Below the pieces are notes generated by a model. The model was not told the origin of the DNA, searched no databases, and saw only the letters and a list, made by a program, of their open reading frames with translations. The position numbers were made by a program, and so were the translations under genes. From positions 138,029 to 202,028 of the forward strand of contig CAVXTH010000006.1 in assembly GCA_963764625.1 (NCBI GenBank): a DNA stretch of 64,000 bases, given 5' to 3'. Source of the DNA: Candidatus Krumholzibacteriota bacterium. GTDB lineage: Bacteria; Krumholzibacteriota; Krumholzibacteriia; JAJRXK01. Shown here piece by piece: positions 48,407 to 58,528 of the stretch (position 1 is its first letter; each line of letters starts with the position of its first letter).

Positions 48407-50251
48407 ATTCCGCGAGTCGGAGTGAACCCCAGCTCAGCGGCGAGGAACTGGACCGGAAGTGGCGTGACGAAGTCTACGTCGCCGACGGAAGCCCCCAACT
48501 CACGCTTCGGTCCACGCTGACCGGAGTCGTCTTGGGCTGTCTGCTCGCCTTGAGCAACCTCTACGCGGGCCTGAAGACCGGCTGGTCGTTCAGCATCGCG
48601 ATCACTGCCTGCATTCTCTCCTTTTCGTTCTGGCGTCTGTTGATGGTGGCCAAGCCCGGTTCGCGTTCCCCGGAAATCCTCGAAGACAACTGCATGCAGT
48701 CGACCGCTTCCGCGGCGGGCTACACCATCGTGGCTCTGCTCGTCTCGGCGATTCCCGCCTACCTCATGGTCACCGGAGTGAGGATTCGCGCGGGATGGCT
48801 CATGCTCTGGGTGTTCTTCTCGGCCGCCCTGGGCCTGATGCTCTTCATTCCCTTCAAGCGCCAGCTCGTCAACGACGAGAGTCTGGTGTTTCCCAGTGGC
48901 GTCGCCGCGGCCGAGACCCTGCGTGGCCTGCACGCCAAGGACGGAGAGTCTCTGCGGCACGCCCGGGGGCTCTTTTCCGGCATGGGCCTGGGCGCTCTGG
49001 GATCGTGGCTCGGCACGAACAACGCGTTCAGCTTGGTGGCGTCTCCCCAGGATTCCCGAAACCGTATTCGCGCCCGGTTCGATCTCGGGGGTCTCGCTTT
49101 CGCCGCTGACGGTCGGCCTGGATCTGGCCGGCGTGTCTTTGGCGGGTGGAGCCCTCATCGGGATCCGAATTTCCCTGTGGATGCTCGCCGGGTCGACGGC
49201 GATCTACCTGGTGATTGCTCCCTGGCTGGTGTCGAATCACTACATCGTGGGTGAGGTGGGGTACCGCACGGTGCAGAATGGCTTCGCGCTCTGGCTCGGT
49301 GCCTCGCTCATGGTCGGCGCGTCGTTGGCGGATCTGTTCTTTCAACGTCACACGATGGGGCGCGCGTTTTCGGGTCTGTGGAGGATTTTGCGCGGGGGCT
49401 CGAAGTCCGCTAGACACGATCCCATGGCCGAAATCGAAGTACCCGACTGGTGGTCTCTGGTGGGGCTTGGGTTCTGCGCGGTCGGCCTGGCCGTGACCGG
49501 CATCCTGGCCTTCGCCATTTCCCCTTTGTCCCTGCTCGCCGCCCTCATCTTGAGCCTTCTCTTCGTGGTCGTGGCCACGCGCGCGGTAGGGGAAACCGAT
49601 CTCATCCCGGTGGGTCAACTCGGAAAGCTGGCGCAGCTCACCTTCGGGGGACTGGCGCCGCGCCGGCTCAGCACCAATCTGATGGCCACCGGGATGAGCG
49701 TGAGCTCCGCCGCCTCTGCGGCCGATCTCGCGACCAACCTCAAGTGCGGACGCATCCTGGGAGGGAATCCACGGAAGCAGTTTCAGGCGCAGCTCTTGGG
49801 CACTCTGGCAGGGGCCCTGGTAGTGGTTCCCGCCTTCTACGTGCTCGTACCCGACGTCAGCGTTCTCGGCACGCCCCAGCTTCCCGCTCCCGCCGCGGCC
49901 GCCTGGCGCGCGATCGCGGAGTTGACGTCCAGCGGTTTGAGCGCGCTCGAACCCGCGGCTCGTCTCGGTTTGGTGGTGGGACTCATGCTGGGCTTGATCC
50001 TCTCGACGATCGCGCAGCTGTGGCCCGAGAGAAAGTGGACGCCCAGTGCCTTCGGTTTGGGCTTGGGAATGGTGATTCCCTTCAGCCAATCCACTGCCTT
50101 CGTGGTCGGCGCCCTGCTCGCCATCCTCGTGCGACGCCTGAGCCCCTCGCGCGCTGAGGCCTACACCGTTCCCGTCGCCAGCGGAATCATCGCGGGGGAA
50201 AGCCTGCTCGGCGTTCTCTTCGGAACTCTGGCCGCTCTGGGCCTCATGTAG
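48403..50251 (+). CDS. OPT-family oligopeptide transporter, split into two overlapping ORFs by a frame break at a CCCC run (~49043-49050)
   Basis: The N-terminal part (48403-~49045) and C-terminal part (~49050-50251) are both polytopic and OPT-like (...ETLRG... and ...IVGEVGY... motifs). Their ORFs overlap over 48896-49254. Combined length ~615 aa, as expected for the OPT superfamily. Confidence 0.6.
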
Positions 50252-50717
50252 ACCGTTCGCAGAGCTCCAGGAGAACTCCACCAGTGGAGCGGGGATGGCA
50301 GAAGGCGATGAGTTTGTTCGAGGCTCCCCGGCGGGGCGTTTCGTCGATCATCGAGATGCCGGCTTCACGCAGCGCCTTCGCCGCCGCTGCGCAGTCCTTC
50401 ACCCTGAGGGCCAGGTGGTGAAGCCCCGGTCCGTGCTTCTTCAGAAACTTCGCCACCGGGCTCGTGTCCGAAGTGGGTTCCAAGAGCTCGAGGTGCGCGC
50501 CCTTCAGATCGAAGATGGCCACGTGCACCCCGTCGCTCTCGATCGTCTCTAAGCCCAGCAGCGGAAGCTCGAGCAGATCGCGGTACAGAGGCAGGGTTTC
50601 TTTTAGACTCATGACCGCGATTCCTAGATGGTCCAGTCCATCGCAGAGAGGTCTCAGCTCGGGGGGGAGCCCGAGGATGGCCTTGCGCAGGAGCTCGGGA
50701 TGGTCGGGTAAGTTCAC
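50244..50717 (-). CDS. mce: Methylmalonyl-CoA epimerase (VOC/glyoxalase fold), N-terminally extended ORF
   Basis: ...LDHLGIAVMSLKETLPLYRDLL... and ...HHLALRVKD... are paired VOC motifs. Last gene of the pccB-accC-BCCP-mce unit. The true start may lie ~25 codons inside the ORF. Confidence 0.7.
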   Translation of the reverse strand: MNLPDHPELLRKAILGLPPELRPLCDGLDHLGIAVMSLKETLPLYRDLLELPLLGLETIESDGVHVAIFDLKGAHLELLEPTSDTSPVAKFLKKHGPGLHHLALRVKDCAAAAKALREAGISMIDETPRRGASNKLIAFCHPRSTGGVLLELCERST

Positions 50718-51250
50718 TGCGCCTCCGCTGCTTTCGGCTGCAGACGCAGGAGCGCCGTGCCCGCCGCAACCGTGCTGCCTGCTTTTACCAGGATTTCGCT
50801 CACCACTCCCGAGCTCGGCGAGGACAACTCGTTCTGCATCTTCATTGCTTCGAGGATGACCAGGGCCTGCCCGGCCTCCACCTCGTCACCCACCGAGCAC
50901 TTGTATTCGACGACGAGCCCCGGCATGTCGGCCGAGACTTCCGCGCGCGAGGAGCCGGCATGAACCTGCTCGGCCGCGGCCGCGGCCAGCTCGTCGAGCA
51001 CTTCGACTTTGCCGCCGCGTCCTCCCAAGAGCGCTGCGTGCCACGAGCTTCCCGGAGGAGTGAGATCGACGAGGTACATCCGGCCGTTTTGCCGAATGCT
51101 GACGGTCCGGCCTCCGTCGAGCACCAGAGCGTCGGTGATGAGCGCGCCGGTGGGAGTTTCCACCCACACCTTTCCGGCGCCATCGCGCACCACGGCCGCT
51201 TTCAGATCCTCGCCAAAGAGCCGGGTGATATAGGTCTTGCGGAGTTCCAC
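50714..51250 (-). CDS. Biotin carboxyl carrier protein / biotinyl domain subunit
   Basis: C-terminal ...ALVILEAMKMQNELSSPSSGVV... has the biotinyl-lysine AMKM motif. The start is uncertain (a GTG just downstream of the accC stop is likely, since the listed ORF overlaps accC by 45 nt). Confidence 0.75.
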   Translation of the reverse strand: MELRKTYITRLFGEDLKAAVVRDGAGKVWVETPTGALITDALVLDGGRTVSIRQNGRMYLVDLTPPGSSWHAALLGGRGGKVEVLDELAAAAAEQVHAGSSRAEVSADMPGLVVEYKCSVGDEVEAGQALVILEAMKMQNELSSPSSGVVSEILVKAGSTVAAGTALLRLQPKAAEAQ

Positions 51251-51258
51251 GCTGCCCC

Positions 51259-52782
51259 CTAGTCGAGCCTGCCGGTCATGGCGAGACGCCCGTACTGCCC
51301 CCACGCCGACAGAGGCGCCGGTTGCTCGCTGTGTCCGCCGTTCGCGTCACCCACTCCTGCTTCCACCAGCGCGAGCGCGGCCGCGAGAGCTTCCTTCTCG
51401 TCCGGCGCCAGATTGCTCTTGAGTTTGGCGGGATCGAAACACTCTTCGAGAAAGCGCGTGCTGTAGAGCCCCTTCACGAACTCAGGTTGCTCGAGCACCC
51501 AGCGGTGTAGGGGGATATTGTGAATCAAGCCCAGAATGCGGTAATCGGCGAGGGCGCGCCGCCCGCGCGCGATGGCGGCCTGCCGGCTCTCGGCGGACAC
51601 GATCAGTTTGGCGAGCAGCGGATCGTAGAAGACCGGAATCACGTAGCCCTCGCGCAAACCGCGGTCGTTGCGTACTCCGGCGCCCACCGGCATTCGCAAG
51701 CGGTGCACCGTGCCCGGACTGGGCGCGAAGTTCTGCCAGGGGTTCTCGGCGTACACCCGGAATTCAATTGCATGGCCTCGCTGATACAGGTCTTCTTGCT
51801 TCCAGGGAATTCCCTCGCCCCGCGCGACTCTGACCTGCGCCGCCACCAGGTCGACCCCCACGACTTCCTCGGTGACCGGATGTTCCACCTGGAGCCGGGT
51901 GTTCATCTCCAGGAAGTAGAAGTGATCGTTCTCGTCGGCGATGAACTCGACGGTGCCAGCGCCGCGATAGTTGACAGAGCGCGCGGCCTGCAGCGCGGCT
52001 TCGCAGAGCTTTTGTCGGGTCTTTTCGGTGATGGAAGGGGAAGGAGACTCCTCGATCACCTTCTGGTGGCGGCGTTGGACGCTGCACTCGCGCTCGAAGA
52101 GATGGACCGCGTTGCCCTTGCCGTCGCCCAAAATCTGCACTTCGAGGTGGCGCGGGTGCTCGATGAACTTCTCCAGAAACACCGAAGAGTCCCCGAACGC
52201 TCCCTTGGCCTCACCCCGTGTCCGATCCAAAAAACTCGCCATTTCCTTCTCGGACTGCACCACCCGCATTCCCTTCCCGCCTCCACCGGCCGCCGCCTTG
52301 AGCAGTACCGGGTAGCCGATGGCTTTCGCCGCCTTCAGGGCGGAGGGAAGGTCTTCCAGCGCGCTCGAGTTGCCGGGAACCACCGGGACTCTCGCCTTTT
52401 CCATGAGCGCTCGGGCCGAGAGCTTGTTGCCCATGCTCTGCATGCTCTCCGGCGTGGGTCCGATGAAACACAGCCCCGCATCTTCGACCGCGCGCGCGAA
52501 CTCGGCATTCTCACTCAAGAACCCGTAGCCGGGATGAATCGCGTCGGCCTTTGCCTGGCGAGCCGCGTCGAGAATCTTGTCGATGCGGAGATAGCTCTCG
52601 CTCGAGGGCCCATCCCCCAGGGGATATGCCTCGTCCGCCTGCAGCGTGTGCAGGGCAGTCCGATCGGGTGCGCTGTAGACGGCGCACGCGGTGATGCCCA
52701 TTTCGCGCAAGGTCTGCTGGATGCGTACCGAGATTTCACCTCGGTTGGCAATGAGGACTTTCTTGAGAGTTGAGGCGCTCAA
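51259..52782 (-). CDS. accC: Biotin carboxylase subunit (acetyl/propionyl-CoA carboxylase)
   Basis: MSASTLKKVLIANRGEISVRI..., ATP-grasp ...GYPVLLKAAAGGGGKGMRVV..., ...EMNTRLQVEHPVTE... Confidence 0.9.
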   Translation of the reverse strand: MSASTLKKVLIANRGEISVRIQQTLREMGITACAVYSAPDRTALHTLQADEAYPLGDGPSSESYLRIDKILDAARQAKADAIHPGYGFLSENAEFARAVEDAGLCFIGPTPESMQSMGNKLSARALMEKARVPVVPGNSSALEDLPSALKAAKAIGYPVLLKAAAGGGGKGMRVVQSEKEMASFLDRTRGEAKGAFGDSSVFLEKFIEHPRHLEVQILGDGKGNAVHLFERECSVQRRHQKVIEESPSPSITEKTRQKLCEAALQAARSVNYRGAGTVEFIADENDHFYFLEMNTRLQVEHPVTEEVVGVDLVAAQVRVARGEGIPWKQEDLYQRGHAIEFRVYAENPWQNFAPSPGTVHRLRMPVGAGVRNDRGLREGYVIPVFYDPLLAKLIVSAESRQAAIARGRRALADYRILGLIHNIPLHRWVLEQPEFVKGLYSTRFLEECFDPAKLKSNLAPDEKEALAAALALVEAGVGDANGGHSEQPAPLSAWGQYGRLAMTGRLD

Positions 52783-52791
52783 GGGTGGCTC

Positions 52792-54348
52792 CTACAGCGG
52801 AATGTTGCCGTGCTTCTTGCGGGGCGTTTCCTGCTTCTTGTTGCGTAGCCTCCTGAGGGCGGCGATGAGCAACGGACGGGTATCGCGGGGTTCGATCACG
52901 TCGTCGAGGTATCCGAGGCTCGCGGCCACGTACGGATTCGCGAGCCTCGCCTCGTACTCGGCGACTCTCTGCTTGCGCACCACGTCGGGATCCTCCGCCT
53001 GATCGATCTCTTTGCGGTAGATGATGTTGACCGCACCCTCGGGCCCCATGACTGCGAGCTCGGCGCTGGGCCAGGCCACGTTCCAGTCCCCTCTGATGTG
53101 CTTGGAGCTCATGACGTCGTAGGCCCCGCCGTAAGCCTTGCGGGTGATGACCGTCAGTTTGGGCACGGTAGCTTCACAGTAGGCGAAGAGAAGCTTGGCG
53201 CCGTGCTTGATGAGGCCTCCGAACTCCTGGCGAGTGCCGGGGAGAAAGCCCGGAACGTCTTCGAAAGTGACCAGAGGAATGTTGAAGCAGTCGCAACTAC
53301 GCACGAAGCGCGCAGCCTTCAGGCTCGCGTCGATGTCGAGTACTCCGGCCAGGGTCTTGGGTTGGTTGCCCACGATTCCCACGCTCGCCCCGCCCAGGCG
53401 CGCGAAGCCACACACGATGTTCCGCGCGTACGCGGGTTGAATCTCCAGGAACTCACCGTCGTCCACCACGAGCCGAATGACTTCCTTGATGTCGTACGGT
53501 TGCTTGGAGCTGTCGGGAATGATCTCGTTGAGACGATTCTCGCGTCGATCGATGGGATCGGTGCAACTGACGGCCGGCGGATCTTCCAGGTTGTTCTGGG
53601 GAAGGTAGCTCAAGAGCTTCTTCAGCATCAGCAGACACTCTTGATCGCTTTGCGCTTTCATGTGGGCCACGCCGCTCTTGATGTTGTGCGTGTCGGCTCC
53701 GCCCAGCTCTTCGAAAGTGACGTCCTCGTTCGTGACCATCTTGATCACGTTGGGCCCGGTCACGAACATGTGACTCGTCTTTTCCACCATGATGGTGAAA
53801 TCGGTGATCGCGGGGCTGTACACCGCGCCACCGGCGCAAGGGCCCATGATCGCGCTGATCTGAGGGACTACTCCTGAGGCCTGGGTGTTGCGCCAGAAGA
53901 TCTCGGCGTAGCCGGCAAGGCTCTCGACGCCCTCCTGAATGCGCGCGCCACCGCTGTCGTTCAGCCCGATGACCGGCGCGCCGCTCTTGAGCGCTTCATC
54001 CATGATGCGGCAGATCTTCTCCGCGTTGGCCATGCTCATGCTTCCGCCGAACACGGTGAAGTCTTGCGCAAAGAGGTAGACCAGGCGGCCGTCCACCTTG
54101 CCGGCCCCGGTGATGATGCCGTCGCCCAAAGGGCGCGTTTTTTCCATTCCCAAGTCGTGGCAACGGTGGGTGACGAAGACTCCCGTTTCCTGAAAGGTGC
54201 CTTCGTCGAGAAGGAGGTGGATGCGCTCGCGGGCCGTGAGCCGACCGGAGGCGTGGATCTTGTCGATCCGGGCCTGTCCTCCTCCCAGGAGGGCTTCCTG
54301 GTGCTTGGCGGCCAGCTCTTGGATCTTCTTTTGAGTGTTCTCGCCCAT
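52792..54348 (-). CDS. pccB: Propionyl-CoA carboxylase beta chain / carboxyltransferase
   Basis: 518 aa. ...[20 protein letters not shown]..., ...GGARIQEG..., ...[11 protein letters not shown]... are carboxyltransferase signatures. Confidence 0.9.
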   Translation of the reverse strand: MGENTQKKIQELAAKHQEALLGGGQARIDKIHASGRLTARERIHLLLDEGTFQETGVFVTHRCHDLGMEKTRPLGDGIITGAGKVDGRLVYLFAQDFTVFGGSMSMANAEKICRIMDEALKSGAPVIGLNDSGGARIQEGVESLAGYAEIFWRNTQASGVVPQISAIMGPCAGGAVYSPAITDFTIMVEKTSHMFVTGPNVIKMVTNEDVTFEELGGADTHNIKSGVAHMKAQSDQECLLMLKKLLSYLPQNNLEDPPAVSCTDPIDRRENRLNEIIPDSSKQPYDIKEVIRLVVDDGEFLEIQPAYARNIVCGFARLGGASVGIVGNQPKTLAGVLDIDASLKAARFVRSCDCFNIPLVTFEDVPGFLPGTRQEFGGLIKHGAKLLFAYCEATVPKLTVITRKAYGGAYDVMSSKHIRGDWNVAWPSAELAVMGPEGAVNIIYRKEIDQAEDPDVVRKQRVAEYEARLANPYVAASLGYLDDVIEPRDTRPLLIAALRRLRNKKQETPRKKHGNIPL

Positions 54349-54468
54349 GGTTCCAAAGGGGTATTGGTGCGGCGCGCCTGGCTACGCCTGCGACCGTGGA
54401 TTCGTTCCGAGGGTCCAAGAGAAAATAGACTAACAGAGGAGGGAATTCAGTGCTTCAAAGAAAACGCC

Positions 54469-57202
54469 CTAGCGGACGATGAGAACCGAGTTGAGCGCGC
54501 CGAAGCCGTCGGAAACTCGGCTCGGATTGGCCGGATCGGCGATCCAGCGGGTTCCATCGACGACGAGCTTGTACTCAAAGCTGCCGGGACGAAGGCGGAT
54601 CTCGGTGCGCCAGACCCCATCGTTGCCGCGACTCAAGACGTTGGCCCGGGGGCTCCATCCGTTGAAGCTACCGACCACAGAGACGCTCGAAGCGCCTCGA
54701 TTGCGGTAGGTGATCGGAATCAAGCGCATCTCCACGCGGGTCTTTCCTTCGGGAGTGGCTTGATTCGGGGCGGGTGCCGAGCCCAGATACGCGTAGCCCT
54801 CGACGAGCCTCTCCAGGCGATAGTCCGCGGCAAAGAGAGGGTCGCCGGTGACGTCCTTCAAGTCCAAACGGATCCGCGCGATTCCGTTGTCGTCCGCTTG
54901 CACTTTCACCAAAAGGTAATTCGAGCCCGGGGTGAGTCGGATCGCGCTCTGGATCGACCTCCGTAGGGTGTAGGTGCGCCCGATTTCGTATCCGTTCACT
55001 CTCAAGAGTGCATCGGTCGGTGATTCCAACTTCACTTGCGCATCGTGGGTCGAAGTGGACACCGCGCTCAGGCCGTACCAGATGGCCCCCGGCGGTCCGT
55101 GACCCAATTCGACCCACCCGTCGGTGGAGAGCGCGCTCGGGTCGATTTGCTGCCAACGCACGCGTCCTTCTTGCCCGCGGTAGCTTTGCCCGAGTGCCAC
55201 CTGAGTGTCCGGCCCCGAGTGCCCCGCCAAGGGGGAGCTGACTCCGGGAGAGAAGGGACCGATGGTGAGCCACCGGAAATGGACGGCGAACTGTTCGTCG
55301 AGTCTAGAACTAAGACCACGGTTGTCGTAGAAACGCCATTCCACCGGGTAGTTGCCGGGGGCAGAGTTGTCCGGCGCCGTGATGCGGACATCCCAGGACT
55401 GGGAGGACCTGGCGGAAAGCGTGAACGGCGTCGTGGTTTCCGGTTCCACTTTGAAATCAGACGGAACGACGATCTCGTAGTGACCCTCGAGATCACTCAT
55501 AAGGGAATTCTCGATGGAGATCTCGAAGTTGCGCGCGTGGCTGTTGCCCTGCGGAAGGGCGAGGACGGTGGCGCGCATGGGATCGACCAGCGAGCAGGCC
55601 GGGGCATGCTTCGGTGCGCCCCCGGGTCCTCTGAGGACGATCCACCAGAGCCCGGGATTCTCGGGAAGAGAGGGGAGACTTGCGTTCGCGCCCAGCCTTC
55701 CCTGAGCCTGCATCGTCACCGGCACGAAGGGACGGGTGTCTTGCCCGTCGGTCCAGGCGGCGCTCCACTGACCGGGGATCTGGCGCTCCGCATCCGACTC
55801 CCGATCGAAGTGAAGATGGGCCGTGGGCGTGTGATCGCGGGTGACGACTCCCGGCTCGAGGCTCGCCGTGTAGTCCGCGTCCAGCTGACTGCGACACAAG
55901 AGCGTGGCGGCGTCTCGACGCAACAACTCCACGGCGGTCGGCAGCCATTTCTCGACGTCCCGATCGCGCAGGCTGAAGGCGGCCGTGGCGTTGGCACCAT
56001 TCAAGCCCTGCTGGTCGGGCTCGCGGGCCTGCATGGACTGGCGTTCTCTGACGTCGAGCAGTTCCCATTGGTCGGCCCAACCCTGGAGCAGAGATCGCCA
56101 CCGAATCCGCGGCGGCCGGGAGACGCGCGATGGCATCTTTCAGCGCGAGACGGGTGGCCAAGCTTTCCTCCGCCGTCAAGATGTGCCCACGGATGAGGAA
56201 CTCGATGGCGACGCGGCTACGCTGCAGCTCCTTCGGGCTGGGAAGTGCGGTCGGAATGGAGAGGGAACCGTCTCCGAGATCGATGTTCATGGGTCCGCGA
56301 CTGGGCAGATCCAGCTCGGTGAGGGTCAACCCGAGCATGTTGCTCAGTTCCGCATCGCCTAGCAGCGCCACGGCCCGGCTGAGGAGGATGGCATTCTGGT
56401 CGGGCCGCAGAAGGTCGAGCCCCGGCTGCAACGGCCAGCCGGAGGCGGGGTCCAGCCTTTGGGATAGGAAGGCGCGGGCCCTGGGGTCGTCGCGATCCTC
56501 GAGGGTTCCCCCCGCCAGAAGCTCGTAGGCAAGTCGGAGGGCGGCGCCGCGATCCGAGGGTGCGTTGAGAGCGATGGGCAAAAGATCGGCGAGATCCGGA
56601 GGATGTTGTTTCCGATGCCCCAGGGAGTCGTAGCGCGCATAGCCGCCGGTCGAGGGATCGTAGATGTTCCGCGCGATCCGGCGCTCGATCAGATCATGGT
56701 CCCTCCACCAGATCATCGCGTCGAAGACGTGACCCGCCCGGAGGGCCAGGCCAGCCAGAGCTTCGAGCTGGGTCATCTCCAGAGCCGGCAGGATGGCGGT
56801 CGTGCCGCGCGTGATGTGCATCGACGCGGGCAAGGCCTCGGGAAGGGCCTCCCACGCGCCGTGATTTTCGGCGTCGAGGTGATTGGAGAGCCAGAATTGC
56901 CAGCGGACCAGGGCCTTGTAATCGATAGAGTCGGGCTGGCCCACCTCGCGTTCTGCCTCGTCGACGACCCTCGCCATCAGCGGGATCTGCAAGGGATTGA
57001 AGGTCTTGGCCCGTTCATCCAGCTCTTCCGGTCGGGCCTGAGCCGTCCAATTCAGGAAGTTTCCCAGAGCTACGTATGATTCCGCCACCTTCCCCGTGCT
57101 TACGACAGAAGGAGCCGGCGCAGCGGGGCGAAGGCCCGCGCAGAGCAGAGGGACGAGGAGGAGTGTGGCAGCCGCCCGGAGGCGGCGGCGTTGTGTGGTC
57201 AT
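54469..57202 (-). CDS. Large secreted protein (~910 aa) with C-terminal CBM48 / AMPK-beta glycogen-binding-type domain. Two ORFs joined across a frame break at ~56065-56085.
   Basis: Signal peptide at the 57202 start. Protein-like N-terminal ~370 aa; the listed frame then turns to Arg-rich garbage, and a protein-like continuation is in the 54469-56136 ORF. C-terminus ...SVSVVGSFNGWSPRANVLSRGNDGVWRTEIRLRPGSFEYKLVVDGTRWIADPANP... matches the CBM48/E-set motif. Confidence 0.55.
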
Positions 57203-57330
57203 GACGGAAGCTCTGAGGCTGCAAGAGGCAGGCCAAGGAGTCCCTTGTCGTCACGGCGCTTCGGTGCTTTCCTGGAGCTTCCGATTCCCGCGGCCTCCCC
57301 GGCCGCTCAGACGCGAAGAGAGGTCGCTTC

Positions 57331-58503
57331 ATGCTCGAACCCCAAGCCGGCGTGGCTTCCGCCGTCCGCACCCCGATCGGGAAGTTTCTCGGCTCTCTCT
57401 CGGGCCGCAGCGCGATCGAGCTGGGGGTCTTCGCCGCCGGCCAGGCTCTCGAGCGGGCCGGACTCAAGGCAAGTGACATCGATCTGACCATCGTGGGCAA
57501 CGCCCGTCCGGCAGGGCTGGGGCCGAATCCGGCCCGGCAGATCGCGATCGGAGCCGGGGTGCCCCAGGACAAGGTCGCCTACACCCTGAACATGGCCTGC
57601 GGCAGCAGCAGCACCGCCATCATCCTGGGGATCCAGGCCCTCACCCTGGGGAAGGCCAAACGGGTTCTGGTGGGGGGAAGCGAGAGCATGTCTCGCGTCC
57701 CCTACCTGTTGACTGAGGCGCGCATGGGCTACCGCATGGGCCACGCGCCAGTGGTGGACGGAATGTACCGCGACGGATTCGACTGCCCGATCGCGCAGCA
57801 GGTCATGGGCCTCACGGCCGAGACTCTGGCGCGCGAGTACGAAATCTCACGTGAGGAGCAGGACCGTTATGCTCTCATGTCGCAGTCGCGCGCCGCGAAG
57901 GCCTGGGAGGAACGAGCCTTCGACGCGGAAATCGCGACAATTCCTGCCGCGGGGAAATTGCCCGCACTCGATCACGACGAGCATTTGCGTCCCAACACCA
58001 GCCTGGAGAAGCTCGCGAAGCTCCCCACCGTGTTCGACGAAAACGGCACCGTGACCGCGGGATCGAGTAGCGGACTCACTGATGCGGCGTGCATGCTCGT
58101 GCTCGAGAAGCCGGGGCTGCGCGAGAGGCCCTTGGCGACCATCCTGGAGAGTGAAAGCGCCGGAGTGGATCCCGCGCGAATGGGGCTGGGACCGGTTCCC
58201 GCGACACGAACCCTCATGGAGCGCTGCGGCCTGAGCATCGGCGACTTCGATCTCATTGAACTGAACGAAGCGTTCGCGGCACAGGTGTTGGCGTGCCAGC
58301 GCGAGCTCGAGTTCGACATGGAACGGACCAACGTCCACGGAGGCGCGATCGCGCTGGGCCATCCCATCGGAGCCACCGGGGCGAGGATCACCACCACGCT
58401 CATCCACGCACTGCGCCGCCACGGAAAGTCCCTGGGTTTGTCGACTCTGTGCGTGAGTGGAGGGCTGGGCGTCTCGCTTGTGGTTCGGAACGAGGAAGCC
58501 TGA
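57331..58503 (+). CDS. Acetyl-CoA acetyltransferase (thiolase) paralog 2
   Basis: ...VRTPIGKFLGSL..., ...NMACGSSSTAI..., ...[17 protein letters not shown]...CVSGGLGV... Confidence 0.85.
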   Translation: MLEPQAGVASAVRTPIGKFLGSLSGRSAIELGVFAAGQALERAGLKASDIDLTIVGNARPAGLGPNPARQIAIGAGVPQDKVAYTLNMACGSSSTAIILGIQALTLGKAKRVLVGGSESMSRVPYLLTEARMGYRMGHAPVVDGMYRDGFDCPIAQQVMGLTAETLAREYEISREEQDRYALMSQSRAAKAWEERAFDAEIATIPAAGKLPALDHDEHLRPNTSLEKLAKLPTVFDENGTVTAGSSSGLTDAACMLVLEKPGLRERPLATILESESAGVDPARMGLGPVPATRTLMERCGLSIGDFDLIELNEAFAAQVLACQRELEFDMERTNVHGGAIALGHPIGATGARITTTLIHALRRHGKSLGLSTLCVSGGLGVSLVVRNEEA

Positions 58504-58528
58504 GAGCGGGTCCGTCTCGGCCAAGTCC

